Of a DNA stretch of 64,000 nt, positions 42,701 to 53,090 are shown piece after piece. Both the position numbers and the translations under genes were made by a program. This stretch comes from an uncultured cyanobacterium. Lineage in GTDB: Bacteria; Cyanobacteriota; Cyanobacteriia; Cyanobacteriales; Nostocaceae. The first letter of the stretch is position 1; the number at the start of each line of letters is the position of its first letter. The DNA lies in assembly GCA_963706595.1 (NCBI GenBank), contig OY970166.1, positions 1,472,001 to 1,536,000 on the forward strand, given 5' to 3'. The notes below the pieces were generated by a model that was not told the DNA's origin, did not search any database, and was given only the letters and a program-made list of their open reading frames with translations.

Positions 42701-43972
42701 AAGAAATTAGATAAACAACCAGAGATACAGCCAACGGAAGATTTAATTTTATCAAGAAATTGGTGGGAAAATTTCTGGGAAACCATACCGGATAAGTTTC
42801 AGCCAGCAGATATCCATCCAGATTTATTTAATCTGGAATTTCTACTCAGGGTAAAAAACCAGTTTGATGTTTGGCGAAATCAACTCACGGAAGAAGAAAC
42901 TTATCTCAGCCGCTACCAGGATTTTACCAAAGATTGGATTGCTAAAGTTAAAAATCCATCAGAGCGCGATCGCAACGATTTAAGACGTATTTATTTAGAT
43001 AATGCTAACGTCGTCGGAATCACTTGCGTACAAGCTGCAAATTACAACTTTTCCCAAGAGTTCAAAGCCTTTGATGTCGTCATCATCGATGAAGTTAGTA
43101 AATGTACTCCACCAGAGTTACTCATCCCAGCTTTAAAAGGTAAAAAATTAGTCTTAGTCGGCGACCATCGACAATTACCACCGATGCTTGATACTAGCAC
43201 GGTAGAAGAAGTGGCGCAATCACTGGGAAGTACCAAAGCCGAACTGCAATTTTTAGAAGAATCGTTATTTAAAATTCAGTTTGAAGCTGCGGATAAAAGC
43301 GTCAAACAAATGCTGAATACACAATATAGAATGCACCCCTTTATTATGGGGGCGATTAATCAGTTCTATCAGGGTAAACTAGAATGTGGACTTTTGGAAC
43401 CTGACACCCAACGCGCCCATAATTTAACAGGTGAAATTATCCAAAAAAATCACCATCTTGTTTGGGTAAAAATGCCCAGAGAAGATGAATTTCAAGAAGA
43501 ACGGGAAAATACTTCTTATTTTAATCCTCGTGAAATTGATGTGATTGAAAACCTCTGTCAGCAATTCGAGCAGACTTGGGCTGCTAAAATTGCCAATGGG
43601 GAACCTAAAAAAGAAATTGCCGTAATTACATTTTATGGCGCACAATTGAAAAAAATTGAAGAACGTTTACAACCTGAACTTTTTCCTTCCTTGGAAATTC
43701 GCACGGGTACAGTTGATAGATTTCAGGGAATGGAACGCGCTGTGGTAATAGTAAGTATGGTGAGGAATAATCATCAAGGTGATGTTGGTTTTGCCAAGAA
43801 ACCAGAACGAGTAAATGTGGCGTTTTCTCGCGCCCAAGAATTACTGGTAATTGTCGGTTGTCATGATTTATTTACCCGTCAAGGGGGAAAAGTCGGAGGT
43901 ATGTATTTAGAGATTTCTCATACTGTAGATAGTCAAGGAGGTTTCGTTGATGTTTCTCGCTGCTGCGGCTAA
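39746..43972 (+). CDS. SF1 helicase, UPF1/DNA2/NAM7-like, with large helical insertion
   Basis: GPPGTGKT, SQANLAVDN, IIDEVSK, VGDHRQLPP, QYRMHP, TVDRFQGME, RVNVAFSRA. Confidence 0.9.
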   Translation: MPTFSNNRNFQDWSYKCVGAVAKNEIIDLLGDHVCLFYVRRQGAGKHQNEEIWQLTIATDRDDFPLPGKLETQGKTLGLIAAIQEDGRGGLKVLSTRLLQVSRGNADGYSVPFSLRLLPHDKHRLGIPKAALARVEKMPVCGDHIPTEEQLQAWKAFLQVEENIAKARQFCVAFVGNDYGNNTRQITFEVDVNSATLDGSEQNYLNVSSFWERVNRSKNQEVKLSETVPTGKFTHKIPKFGSIEKVDPKNCLIKVKVERELAEYIATQRYQPPVKGYLFFDAAGDIQQVRRKKEALEQLKHGNTQNPYLGNFLFDASQARRMKKTVELKADDLLLSSANAGQKAAVEKVLGSEDLILIQGPPGTGKTTVIAEICYQIALRGGRTLIASQANLAVDNALSRLVHNPVIRAVRKGRAERVGEEGQPFLEDQVIETWLENTATDCESSLDKRLENVRFLGELLAAFPQFTDYFNLELELNQQQIQLNLEKETLAEDCKIQAASFEEGLTRRNQVESIQLGLDYLLKNAPHINWEAPEVQNCLPYLQPYTENNIVVQDFLTNVRQAIKWTDELGLVRPTYGAFGLAVWLREGVADKIADFNIAFGYAQDAILIMSEVAEVVSAIPQNSQNLHSPEIDEQEFISTRQILQQKIQGWQNRQREIDYVIAAIKEWKSTAPVVLYQIVKESQLSGQTLTEDLLQLPLGLLMFANQLKLTIVPKKIQLNLPDFPALQKALTYETEGGFADRIGKQYHFSYFLEQNFSQIPIVLSASDRTQWRKIYEEFKNYQLLNPNQRQLLVENTQLFLLRMQTVYGKAWELNNLDAIVKQVSEDLLANILANARQCIARVKTETEQQLKSFQQQLIELEKQRTTQAQISATSSQIEAANIKLAQMIEMLQLLNQQQNVPDKLRALVTEYLTTQSKIWEHSSEFATQVKAGVSHLSNLESLISSIAPFPVLENIKNSLDEQVTIIEQENTLAQKELKKIQAQIKKLDKQPEIQPTEDLILSRNWWENFWETIPDKFQPADIHPDLFNLEFLLRVKNQFDVWRNQLTEEETYLSRYQDFTKDWIAKVKNPSERDRNDLRRIYLDNANVVGITCVQAANYNFSQEFKAFDVVIIDEVSKCTPPELLIPALKGKKLVLVGDHRQLPPMLDTSTVEEVAQSLGSTKAELQFLEESLFKIQFEAADKSVKQMLNTQYRMHPFIMGAINQFYQGKLECGLLEPDTQRAHNLTGEIIQKNHHLVWVKMPREDEFQEERENTSYFNPREIDVIENLCQQFEQTWAAKIANGEPKKEIAVITFYGAQLKKIEERLQPELFPSLEIRTGTVDRFQGMERAVVIVSMVRNNHQGDVGFAKKPERVNVAFSRAQELLVIVGCHDLFTRQGGKVGGMYLEISHTVDSQGGFVDVSRCCG

Positions 43973-45725
43973 ACCTATTGACGACAAACTGATAAATTTA
44001 GCAGAGGAAATTACCGCGCAAAATCCTGACTTATCAGTTTTAGCCGCTAGGGAATTTCGTTATAGTTTGCATCAAACTCCTGTAGAGTTATCTATTAAAG
44101 AACCGCGCGAATTTAATGTCCTCGAAGAATTTATTATCCGGGCTGGAATTGAATTTACACCTCCACCCACAGAGGACGAATTAGCATCTATATTAGGACT
44201 TGATTCTATATTTGTTCGCAGTACAACTGCAAATTTGCAAGCGTTACAAACTCTATCTGCAACCTCGCCGATTACAGTTACAGATGAAGGACGAACTTTT
44301 TACGCCCAAGGTTCTGTACCACAGCTTCCCTATCCTATCCAAATATATGCTGTTTCCGATGCTTTAGATGGCAAGCTCACATTTCATGCTGAAGCATTAA
44401 ATGATGCTCCTTTAAATCTACCTGATTTAGCTGATTTTATCAAGATCGCCCGTAAGATTAATGATATATCTGCTTTATCAATTGAGAAGTTACAAAAATG
44501 TATTCAGTTGTCAGGGTTAGATTTTCATGTCCCCGAAATCGGGAAAATTGTGACTAGCTGTAAGGTTATCGCCCCAGCGCAAATAATTTGGAAAAATATA
44601 TCTTTGTTTGTAATTGGCGATGCAAAGGAAGATAAATTAAGTATCCAAATCAGAAATGGGAAGCAAATTTTAGCATCAGCATCCAAACGCATGGAAGTGT
44701 TGCAAGGTAAAGGTAAAATTCCTTGGCAAGCTTTATGCAAATTGTCCCATGAATCCATTGATTTGGAGCGTGAAGCTACTCTAAAATATAAAAATGCCGA
44801 AATAGAATCTAGGCTGGAAAAACTTAGCCAGGAAGCTCTAAAGTTAGGCGATGCTGAAGTTATTACCGCTTTTGAAGAGGCTTTAAATTCTGCAAAACGT
44901 CAAATTATCATTTACTGTCCTTGGTTAAGTAAAGCTGTTTTTCATAAAGATTTTTTGAAGCTGTTGCAACAGTTAGCCGATAACGGTATCTGGATTTTAA
45001 TTGGATATGCAATTTCACCAGAAGCAGCAGATGTAGAAAAAAAACTCCGCGCTATCAAAACGCCTCATGGTTTACCCTCGTTACAATTTTTCGAGTTAGG
45101 AAAATCCCCTGTTAAAGAAGTTATAATTGACCAAAAAATTCATTTTTATGGATTCTTTAATTCTGTAAACTGTGGTGGTGAATATTTACCAAATGGTGAG
45201 TCTGTTTATCAGGTTACTATTCCCCAACAAGTAGCCGAAGCATATCAATTTATGGCTCATGGTTGCCAAAATCATGCCGAAACCCAATGGAATCTGGCTT
45301 TGGAAAAACGCGATTTTCAATTAGCTGCTGAAGCTTTGTGCGTTTTGGGGGCGTTGAATATGCAAAATATCGCACTTCAGGAAATAGCAGAAAGCAATTG
45401 GTTGGAACTTCTCCCAGTGTGGTTGAATATCGTATTTCACGATTTAATGTCACAAAAAATTATAGATGATTCCATAAATTTCACAAATGCTCTTTCTCTG
45501 CTGAGTCAGCTTTCTGGGGAGTCAGCTTTTATTGATCAGTTACAGCAGGGATGGCGGAAAGTTATTCAGGCGATCGCATCTGTTCAACCTGAATTTGCTT
45601 TAAGCTTACTTAGTGATCAAGTGTGGGCGGATTTTATCCGTCTCAAGATTGCTCAGGAGCATGATTCGCGCGATAAGTTTATTTTACCACAAAGTAAACC
45701 TTTAAGCAAGAGGAAAGGGAAATAG
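43947..45725 (+). CDS. Helicase-associated protein with N-terminal HTH-like region and degenerate PLD-like domain
   Basis: Overlaps the helicase stop by 26 nt; EDELASILGLD (HTH-like); LNSAKRQIIIYCPWL; PVKEVIID-x6-GFFN in place of HxKxxxxD-x6-GSxN. Confidence 0.7.
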   Translation: MMFLAAAAKPIDDKLINLAEEITAQNPDLSVLAAREFRYSLHQTPVELSIKEPREFNVLEEFIIRAGIEFTPPPTEDELASILGLDSIFVRSTTANLQALQTLSATSPITVTDEGRTFYAQGSVPQLPYPIQIYAVSDALDGKLTFHAEALNDAPLNLPDLADFIKIARKINDISALSIEKLQKCIQLSGLDFHVPEIGKIVTSCKVIAPAQIIWKNISLFVIGDAKEDKLSIQIRNGKQILASASKRMEVLQGKGKIPWQALCKLSHESIDLEREATLKYKNAEIESRLEKLSQEALKLGDAEVITAFEEALNSAKRQIIIYCPWLSKAVFHKDFLKLLQQLADNGIWILIGYAISPEAADVEKKLRAIKTPHGLPSLQFFELGKSPVKEVIIDQKIHFYGFFNSVNCGGEYLPNGESVYQVTIPQQVAEAYQFMAHGCQNHAETQWNLALEKRDFQLAAEALCVLGALNMQNIALQEIAESNWLELLPVWLNIVFHDLMSQKIIDDSINFTNALSLLSQLSGESAFIDQLQQGWRKVIQAIASVQPEFALSLLSDQVWADFIRLKIAQEHDSRDKFILPQSKPLSKRKGK

Positions 45726-45931
45726 TGTCACGCAAAGGCGCATCAGCGAAGCGAAGCACGAAGTGCGTTAGGCGCAAAGGAAGAATTAAGCTCTGTGTCC
45801 TCTGTGCCTCTGTGGTTCGTATCAAAAGTTAATTGTTAAATAATTCTAAATTTTAAGTTAATTTAAATGTAGATGCAGAAATTCGTCTAATTCGATACAA
45901 TTCTTAGATTAGGAGAGGCGAGGAGAACAAA

Positions 45932-47071
45932 GTGGTCCTATTAAAAGGCTTCGAGATTGAGATGTATACTGGTACGCCTCAAGGTGAAATAGTCGGTCTC
46001 TCCGACAAAATTGTGGCTTCTTTGGATGGGTTTGTGCGGGAACCGGATAGCCGCAATGTGGAATACATCACAGACCCATTGCATAAATACGAAAACTTAT
46101 TGTGTGCTTTGTTACGTCCTCGGCGTAATTTACGGTCTTTCCTTCAGGGTTTGGGTAATTATACTCTGATTCCTGGTAGCACTTTGTCTTTGGGTGGCAG
46201 CGATCGCTTTTTTCGCTCTAACCCCGATAACCCTTATCATGACTACATTGAACATACCTACGGGACGCAGGTGGTTACTGCCAGTGTTCATATTAATATC
46301 GGTATCAGTGACCCAGAAATATTAATGCGGGCTTGTCGGTTGATTCGGTTAGAAGCCCCTTTATTTCTGGCTTTGAGTGCTTCCTCTCCTTTCCTGGATG
46401 GTAAAGCTACCGGTTATCATTCCAGCCGTTGGGCTGTGTTTCCCCAAACTCCCGCCCATGTACCGTTATTTACTAGCCACGCCCATCATATTCAATGGGT
46501 TGAGGAACAAATAGCGGCGGGAACTATGCAAAATGTCCGCCATTTATGGACATCGGTAAGACCAAATGGCGATCGCCGTCCTCATGACCTGAATCGCCTG
46601 GAATTACGCATTTGTGACTTGGTTGCCGATCCTATTGCTTTACTGGCAATTTCAGCCTTCCTAGAAGCCCGTTTGTTGCAGTTAATCGAAAACCCTGACC
46701 TCGATCCTTTAACTCAAAGCACTTTCTCTCCTGAAGAATTACTTGCTATCACCGCCCAGAATGAAACAGCCGCAGCTACTGCTAGTCTTGATGCTCAATT
46801 GATTCATTGGCAAGACGGTAGAACTATCCTGGCGAGAGATTGGATTTCTGAACTATATGAAGATGTTTGGGCGATCGCTAAACAACATGGTTTTAGCTGT
46901 TTCCTTTCGCCTTTGCAGAAAATTCTCCGCGAAGGTAATGAAGCCCAACAGTGGTTACAACTCCATTCAGTCGGTTTTGATTCCCAGCGTGTGATCACTC
47001 AGGCGATTGTGGCTACTGAAGAACGCGAAGTTGAACTAGAAAACAAATTGTGTTCGCCTCTGGTAGCTTAA
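45932..47071 (+). CDS. gshA: Glutamate--cysteine ligase
   Basis: LKGFEIEMYTG, EPDSRNVEY, TASVHINIG, SASSPF, LW.SVRPNG, RLELRICD. Confidence 0.92.
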   Translation: MVLLKGFEIEMYTGTPQGEIVGLSDKIVASLDGFVREPDSRNVEYITDPLHKYENLLCALLRPRRNLRSFLQGLGNYTLIPGSTLSLGGSDRFFRSNPDNPYHDYIEHTYGTQVVTASVHINIGISDPEILMRACRLIRLEAPLFLALSASSPFLDGKATGYHSSRWAVFPQTPAHVPLFTSHAHHIQWVEEQIAAGTMQNVRHLWTSVRPNGDRRPHDLNRLELRICDLVADPIALLAISAFLEARLLQLIENPDLDPLTQSTFSPEELLAITAQNETAAATASLDAQLIHWQDGRTILARDWISELYEDVWAIAKQHGFSCFLSPLQKILREGNEAQQWLQLHSVGFDSQRVITQAIVATEEREVELENKLCSPLVA

Positions 47072-47331
47072 CTGTTCTGTCTTCATTCTCAAGATAGATT
47101 TTGCGAGAGAAACCCCAAAAATCTTTTCTCTCCCAAAAATTCTTGATGTCTCATATCAGCCAAAATATTTCCATCAGCAGGTTTTGAGAGAATTTACCTT
47201 TAGTTTAAAAAATTTAATCTTTAGGTATTATTTGATATTTATTAAAAAAACCTATCAATGGACTCTATCATTAGATAGAGTTAGACTATTTTTAGTATAC
47301 ACTTATACAAGCACAGTAATTTCACCGAACA

Positions 47332-47793
47332 ATGCCCCAGGTCGTTTTAGTTTATCCGCAAATCCCCCCAAACACAGGCAATATTGCGCGTACTTGTGCC
47401 GCTACGGGTACAGAATTACATTTAGTAGCACCTTTGGGGTTTGAAATCAGCGATCGCTACCTCAAAAGAGCCGGTTTAGATTACTGGCCTTATGTTAAAC
47501 TGCACCATCACGAATCCCTAGAAGCCTTTAAAGCCACGTATCAAGAACGTGGCGGAAGATGCTTAGGCTTCACTGTCAGAGGCAATTTTAATTACACCAG
47601 CTTTCAATTTCAAGCCGATGATTGGTTGCTTTTTGGCAGCGAAACCACAGGCTTACCATCCACAATTTTGTCAGATTGTGATGCTACACTCTATATTCCA
47701 ATGGCAGAGCCTCATGTTCGCAGCTTGAATCTTTCAGTTAGTGTAGCCGTAAGTTTGTTTGAAGCCCGTCGTCAATTGGGTTATTTACTATAA
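47332..47793 (+). CDS. trmL: tRNA (cytidine/uridine(34)-2'-O)-methyltransferase
   Basis: PQIPPNTGNIARTC, KRAGLDYW, FGSETTGL, RSLNLS. Confidence 0.95.
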   Translation: MPQVVLVYPQIPPNTGNIARTCAATGTELHLVAPLGFEISDRYLKRAGLDYWPYVKLHHHESLEAFKATYQERGGRCLGFTVRGNFNYTSFQFQADDWLLFGSETTGLPSTILSDCDATLYIPMAEPHVRSLNLSVSVAVSLFEARRQLGYLL

Positions 47794-48584
47794 CCATAAT
47801 TTTATTCAGTAAATTTACTTAATCAAGTAAAATATCAATCCTAGAGTGTGATTTATGCCAGCAAAATACACTCTGGGTCAAAAAAAAGATAGTTATAACT
47901 TATACAAAAGATGTGTTGATCGTACTTTTAGTGATAAATACTCACCAAAACCAGCAGGTTAATATAAGAAATTTGTATATCAAATTCGAGACTATACCGA
48001 ATTTACATGATAAATTTTGATGAACTTAAATCGGCATCATCAGCAGAATAAAAATGATAGAACCTTTTCTTGTCATGTATTTGAGCTATTTTTGTCGAAT
48101 AGGTAATTTCCAGGACGACAAAAGTAGTTAGAAGTTTGTACGGTTGATTTTTAGGGATGAATCAACGTAAAGTCTCCTCTTGGGAAGGCGGATCAAGTAG
48201 AAAAACCTTGAAGATATCTACAACAGAGGGCATAGCTTTTCCAGAAGTGGGATTCACTATATTGCTGACAGCCGCAATGGACTTGGTGAATATATAATAA
48301 TTATTCTTCAGTCCTAGCAAGCGTTGCACAAGAAGTGAAGACAACAAATGGTCAAAAGCAAAAGTTCTATGGTGTGTAGGAGTGAGTGGACAAGTAAGCA
48401 CAGCAATTTCTGAGTTTTGCTAACAAGTGTGAACTTGTCTAAATCAGAGAAGCAAGTTAATCTTGCGTAAGTATCTCTGGTGAAAGTGATCTTGATCTAT
48501 CGTTCGATGCGATCTAAATCATAGAGTAGTATCCCACTGAAAAATCGAGATCAGTTAAGCGCTAGTGATCATAGGAGGTCGTCT

Positions 48585-51288
48585 TTGAAACGAGCATTGA
48601 AAAAAAGAGAAAAGGCTGTGCTGAAAAATACCCCCAGCAATGATGATGCCCCAGTGGAACACCTAGAACACCTAAAAATTGTAGTAAGTCCCAAGGTTAA
48701 CCGCCGGGTGCGGACAAAAGCCGCCATGATTGGTCTGGCTATCTCAATGGGAGCTACCAGCCTTTTGGTGACTCGACAAAGCGATCAAGCCCAAGCAGCA
48801 GCGCCTGTAGGTAGCCAAAAGGCAGCCTCAACAATTCCTGCTGCTTCTGACACTACAGCGAAATTTGCTCCCACAACGCTGAAGACTCAAACAGTCTTAT
48901 TAGCCAGCGTGCCAGAAAATCCTGTCATCGTGGAACCAACAGCAATTTCGCAGTTACCGGGGCTTGAAGCTAAATGGCAAGTTGCGGCCAGTGGACTGTC
49001 TGTGCAAGTTCCTGTTCTGACATCAGAATCTCACAAAACAGCATCTGACAAAACTTCCTTAAATTTACAAGAACCAGTATCACAGGGATTGTCAACCCCA
49101 ATGCCACCCAATGAGACAGTACAAGAACTGTCCAATGGCGATCGCATTACTGACGAACCAACTGCAAACCTAACAGGCGAGCCACAAACACAGGCACTCA
49201 ACAACACAGAGGCCAGTGATGAAATTAATGCTCAACTGAAGGCGCAGCAAGAATTTGCCATAAATCGCTTACAAGCAAAATCGAACCGTTTAAGAAACAG
49301 TCTGGCGGAGTTGCGGTCTGAGGAGACCCTCGTTTTATCAAAAAATGACAATGCTTTAACACAGCCGAAAACCACAGAAAAAGCGCTCTTAATCAGCGCT
49401 AGTGAAACGGCAGTAGAAAAGCCATCAACTTTCAACAATGAGAAGGACAGCACAGAAAGTTTAGTATCAGGGTTAAAAGAAACAAGAGAAACCAGTGCAT
49501 CGAACCGGCAAGCCGTCACAATACCCGTACCAGCAATACGGCAAGCTGTGGAATTATCGGGTAACTCAGGTTATGAAGTTAAACCTGGAGACACATTAGC
49601 CGCGATCGCTAGTAGATACAATATTTCAGTTTCCGAACTAATCAGGGCAAATGGTCTTAGCAATCCGGATCAACTGAAAATTAGCCAAATACTGATTATT
49701 CCTGTTAATCATCAGGTTAACCCCTCTAAAACGATTCAGATACCAGTCGTAGTTAACTCCAATAGCGCCTATTCCAGTAATACGCGTCAGGTGAACTACA
49801 CAGCAAACACTACTAGTATCCGCCCCAATCTACCTGTTGCTTCATCATCTGCGAATAACAACAGTGTGACTATCCCCGTACCAGTAATCGCCAATAACCA
49901 GATACAGGTAAATGGTGTTGTAGCGGCAGAGACAGAACCTAGTAGTTCTAATGCTCTCGGACTAGGTGGTGATACACCAGTACCAACAATTTTTGCCGAA
50001 ATACAGCAGTCTCGAAAATCGACTGAGCCAGCGGCAAGCACAAAAGATCATCAAGGTCTGCGCGTCTTACGTGCCGACATCCAAAGATTACGGGAGAAAC
50101 ACAGCAACCAGAAGTCTGGGAATGCAATCAGGCCAGCCGCTACTGAACGTGAGAGAGCTGCCGTGCCGATTCCTGTTGCTCAAACAAGCAGCCTACAAAC
50201 GGAAATCCAAAGATTACAGGAGAAATACCGCAGCCAACAGTCTGGAAATGCCACCAGTCCAGCCGCTACTGAACGTGAGCAAGCTACCGTACCAGTCTCT
50301 TTTCGCTCAAACAAGTAGCCCAGAAGCGGAAATCCAAAGATTACGCGAGCAATACCGCATCCAACAGTCTGGGAATGCAGTCAGGCCAGTTGTGATTGAA
50401 CGTCAGCAAGCAGCCGTGCCGACTCCCGTTGCTCAAACAAGTAGCCCAGAAGCGGAAATCCAAAGATTACGCGAGCAATACCGCATCCAACAGTCTGGGA
50501 ATACAACCAGCCCAGCCGCTACTGAACGTGAAAAATCTCCTATAGCAATTCCTGTTGTTAAACCGAATCGCACCACGGCTTCTCAACCCGCTTCAGCCCA
50601 AAAGAATGCGTCGATTCCCATTCATGTTCCCAGCCTGAATTTACCAGGCTATGGTCAATCTGCTAGTTCCCAAATCCGAACTCGTCGTCCCAACGAGGCC
50701 ATCAATCCAGAGTTCTCCGCTAGTATCAATGGATCTACTAGAAGAACAATTCCTAGTGGTGCTGATATCTCAGATACTCTGGGAAACTTGCGGGGAAGCA
50801 GAGTTACTCCACAATTACGGCCACAGTTACCGCCTTTGGCAGCAGTGGAACAATACTTACCCAGACCAATTGACGCAACTACACCTCCCCCTTCAACCGC
50901 TTCAACAACCTATATTTGGCCAGCAAAAGGTGTACTCACCTCTGGCTATGGTAGACGCTGGGGAAGAATGCACAGGGGTATTGATATTGCTAACGCTACT
51001 GGCACGCCAATTTACGCAGCCGCTGACGGTGTGGTGGCAAAATCTGGCTGGAACAGAGGTGGTTTCGGTATCCTCGTGGAGATTCGCCACCCAGATGGCA
51101 CTATGACTCGCTATGCTCACAATAGCCGGACTTTGGTGCGAGCAGGTCAACAAGTGACCCAAGGGCAACACATTGCTAACATGGGTAGCACTGGTTTCAG
51201 CACTGGGCCACACACTCACTTTGAAATTCACCCAACAGGTAAGGGAGCAATCGATCCTATTGCCTTATTACCAAAAGACCGTCTGTAA
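48585..51288 (+). CDS. LysM + M23 peptidoglycan DD-endopeptidase (NlpD-like), apparent +1 frameshift at 50300-50303
   Basis: LysM (YEVKPGDTLAAIA..Y) in ORF 48585-50318; M23 (HRGIDIA, YAHN, STGPHTHFE) in ORF ending at 51288; joined through 126-bp repeats. Confidence 0.88.
50079..50532 (+). repeat. Intragenic 126-bp (42-aa) tandem repeat, about 3.6 copies
   Basis: ATCCAAAGATTAC recurs at 50079, 50205, 50332 and 50458. Confidence 0.9.
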
Positions 51289-51319
51289 TTCTTTACCTAC
51301 GATAATTATCTTATTTGTT

Positions 51320-51342
51320 GAGGGAGCCAAACTCCCTCTTTT
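51320..51342 (+). terminator. Putative intrinsic terminator after the M23 gene
   Basis: GAGGGAG-CCAAA-CTCCCTC followed by TTTT. Confidence 0.55.
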
Positions 51343-51359
51343 GCTGTCTATACTCAGCA

Positions 51360-51794
51360 CTAGCTGTCAAATATTTCTGCCTTTGTCCAAAACTGCTTGA
51401 GAATTTCTCCTGGCTGACGATCCCAAGTATCGATATGCTCGTATATTAAAGTGTCTTGGTTGAGTTTATATGTCGAATAGCCATTGAAAAATAGCCGGGC
51501 TTTCCAGGGAACACGCAAAACTCCGCGAACTGTCCACTTGGCTAAAATAGTATCCTTGGCTGGCTGTGATACTTCATGCAAGTCAAAATAAATTTGCGTA
51601 AAAAATAGCCGGGCGTGAAATCGCAAAGTCCAAAATATAATACGATAGTTGAATTTCCATTTAAATTTATTTACAGGGTCTTGAAAGTAGATATCCTGGG
51701 TATAAATATCATAAGAAATATCTTTGTCAAAAAGTGTTGGTAAATCCTCTTGAAGTGTTTTAATTACTTGTTCAATCTGCAATTGAGATTCCAC
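51360..51794 (-). CDS. DUF2358 (NTF2-like) protein
   Basis: DLPTLF...SYDIY..DIYFQDP.NKF, Y.HIDTW. Confidence 0.82.
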   Translation of the reverse strand: MESQLQIEQVIKTLQEDLPTLFDKDISYDIYTQDIYFQDPVNKFKWKFNYRIIFWTLRFHARLFFTQIYFDLHEVSQPAKDTILAKWTVRGVLRVPWKARLFFNGYSTYKLNQDTLIYEHIDTWDRQPGEILKQFWTKAEIFDS

Positions 51795-51914
51795 GCATCT
51801 TGTCCTTTATCAAAAATTATTTAACACAAAACTATCTCTTAACGGATACCTGGGCGAGAAAAATAATACATAATTTGTTATACACACAGGTCATATCTGG
51901 AAAAATACAAAATT

Positions 51915-52778
51915 ATGTCTGTAATCCAGAATTCGTGGAAACATGAATATATAGTCACCAATGGCGTTAAACTGCATTACGTCACCCAAGGATCAGGTCC
52001 ATTAATGCTGATGTTACATGGGTTTCCGGAGTTTTGGTATTCTTGGCGGCATCAAATCCCAGAATTTGCCCAAGATTTTCAAGTTGTCGCCCTGGATTTA
52101 CGTGGCTACAACGATAGCGATAAACCCAAAGACCAATCAGCTTATGTGATGGATGAATTGGTTAAAGATGTGGCGGGGGTAATTCAAGGTTTAGGATACG
52201 ACAAGTGTATCTTAGTTGGACATGATTGGGGTGGTGCGATCGCTTGGTCTTTTGCCTATGCTCACCCCGAAATGGTAGAGCGATTAATTATCCTCAACCT
52301 ACCTCACCCTGCCAAATTTACCCAAGGCTTAGGCACTTATCAGCAGTTACTACGCAGCTGGTATATATTCTTATTTCAGCTACCTTGGCTACCAGAATTA
52401 CTTCTACAATTGTCAGACTACGAAGCCATTGAAAAAGCTATTCAAGGCACAGCATTTAATAAAAGCGCTTTCACCGCAGCAGATATTGATGCTTATAAAA
52501 ACGCTGCTGCAAAACGTGGTGCGACCACAGCCATGTTGAACTATTATCGTAATATTTTTCAAAGCTTATTCCGCCAGAAAACTTGGGGAATTTTAGCTGT
52601 CCCTACACTGATGATTTGGGGTGAAAACGATACTGCCCTGGGAAAAGAACTCACCTACGACACTGCCGCCTATGTCAATGACTTCCAAATTAAGTATATT
52701 CCCCATTGCGGACATTGGGTACAGCAAGAAAAACCTGATTTAGTCAATCAGTATATGCGGGATTTTCTAGTGCTTTAA
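51915..52778 (+). CDS. Alpha/beta hydrolase, epoxide hydrolase-like
   Basis: LHGFPEFWYSWRHQ, DLRGYN.SDKP, GHDWGG, GHWVQQE. Confidence 0.93.
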   Translation: MSVIQNSWKHEYIVTNGVKLHYVTQGSGPLMLMLHGFPEFWYSWRHQIPEFAQDFQVVALDLRGYNDSDKPKDQSAYVMDELVKDVAGVIQGLGYDKCILVGHDWGGAIAWSFAYAHPEMVERLIILNLPHPAKFTQGLGTYQQLLRSWYIFLFQLPWLPELLLQLSDYEAIEKAIQGTAFNKSAFTAADIDAYKNAAAKRGATTAMLNYYRNIFQSLFRQKTWGILAVPTLMIWGENDTALGKELTYDTAAYVNDFQIKYIPHCGHWVQQEKPDLVNQYMRDFLVL

Positions 52779-53090
52779 ATCACTAAATATTTTTATAAAT
52801 AGTGCCATTTTGTATTAGGAAAATACTGATTAATATCTCTGATCCAACTATGCAAAGTGGCACAACTTCTTCAAAATATTTAACATTAGTTTAATAGTCC
52901 GATTTGCGCTGATTTGACTGGTCGCTAATAGCCCAAAACCATAGTCAATACTACTTTCCACATTACCAGAGCATTGGTTGCAGATCACAATTGGCTTGTG
53001 TGTTCCCGCAATAACTTTCGGCAATTTAGTGAGATAATACAATCGTGAGGAAAAGAACGGATGTAGTTTAATCACGAAGGGGAAAATAAT

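Noticed and set aside
50079..50532. Regularly spaced repeats resembling a CRISPR array (also 55443-56198)
   Set aside because: The whole 126-bp unit repeats, in frame within proteins; there are no unique spacers and no cas genes.
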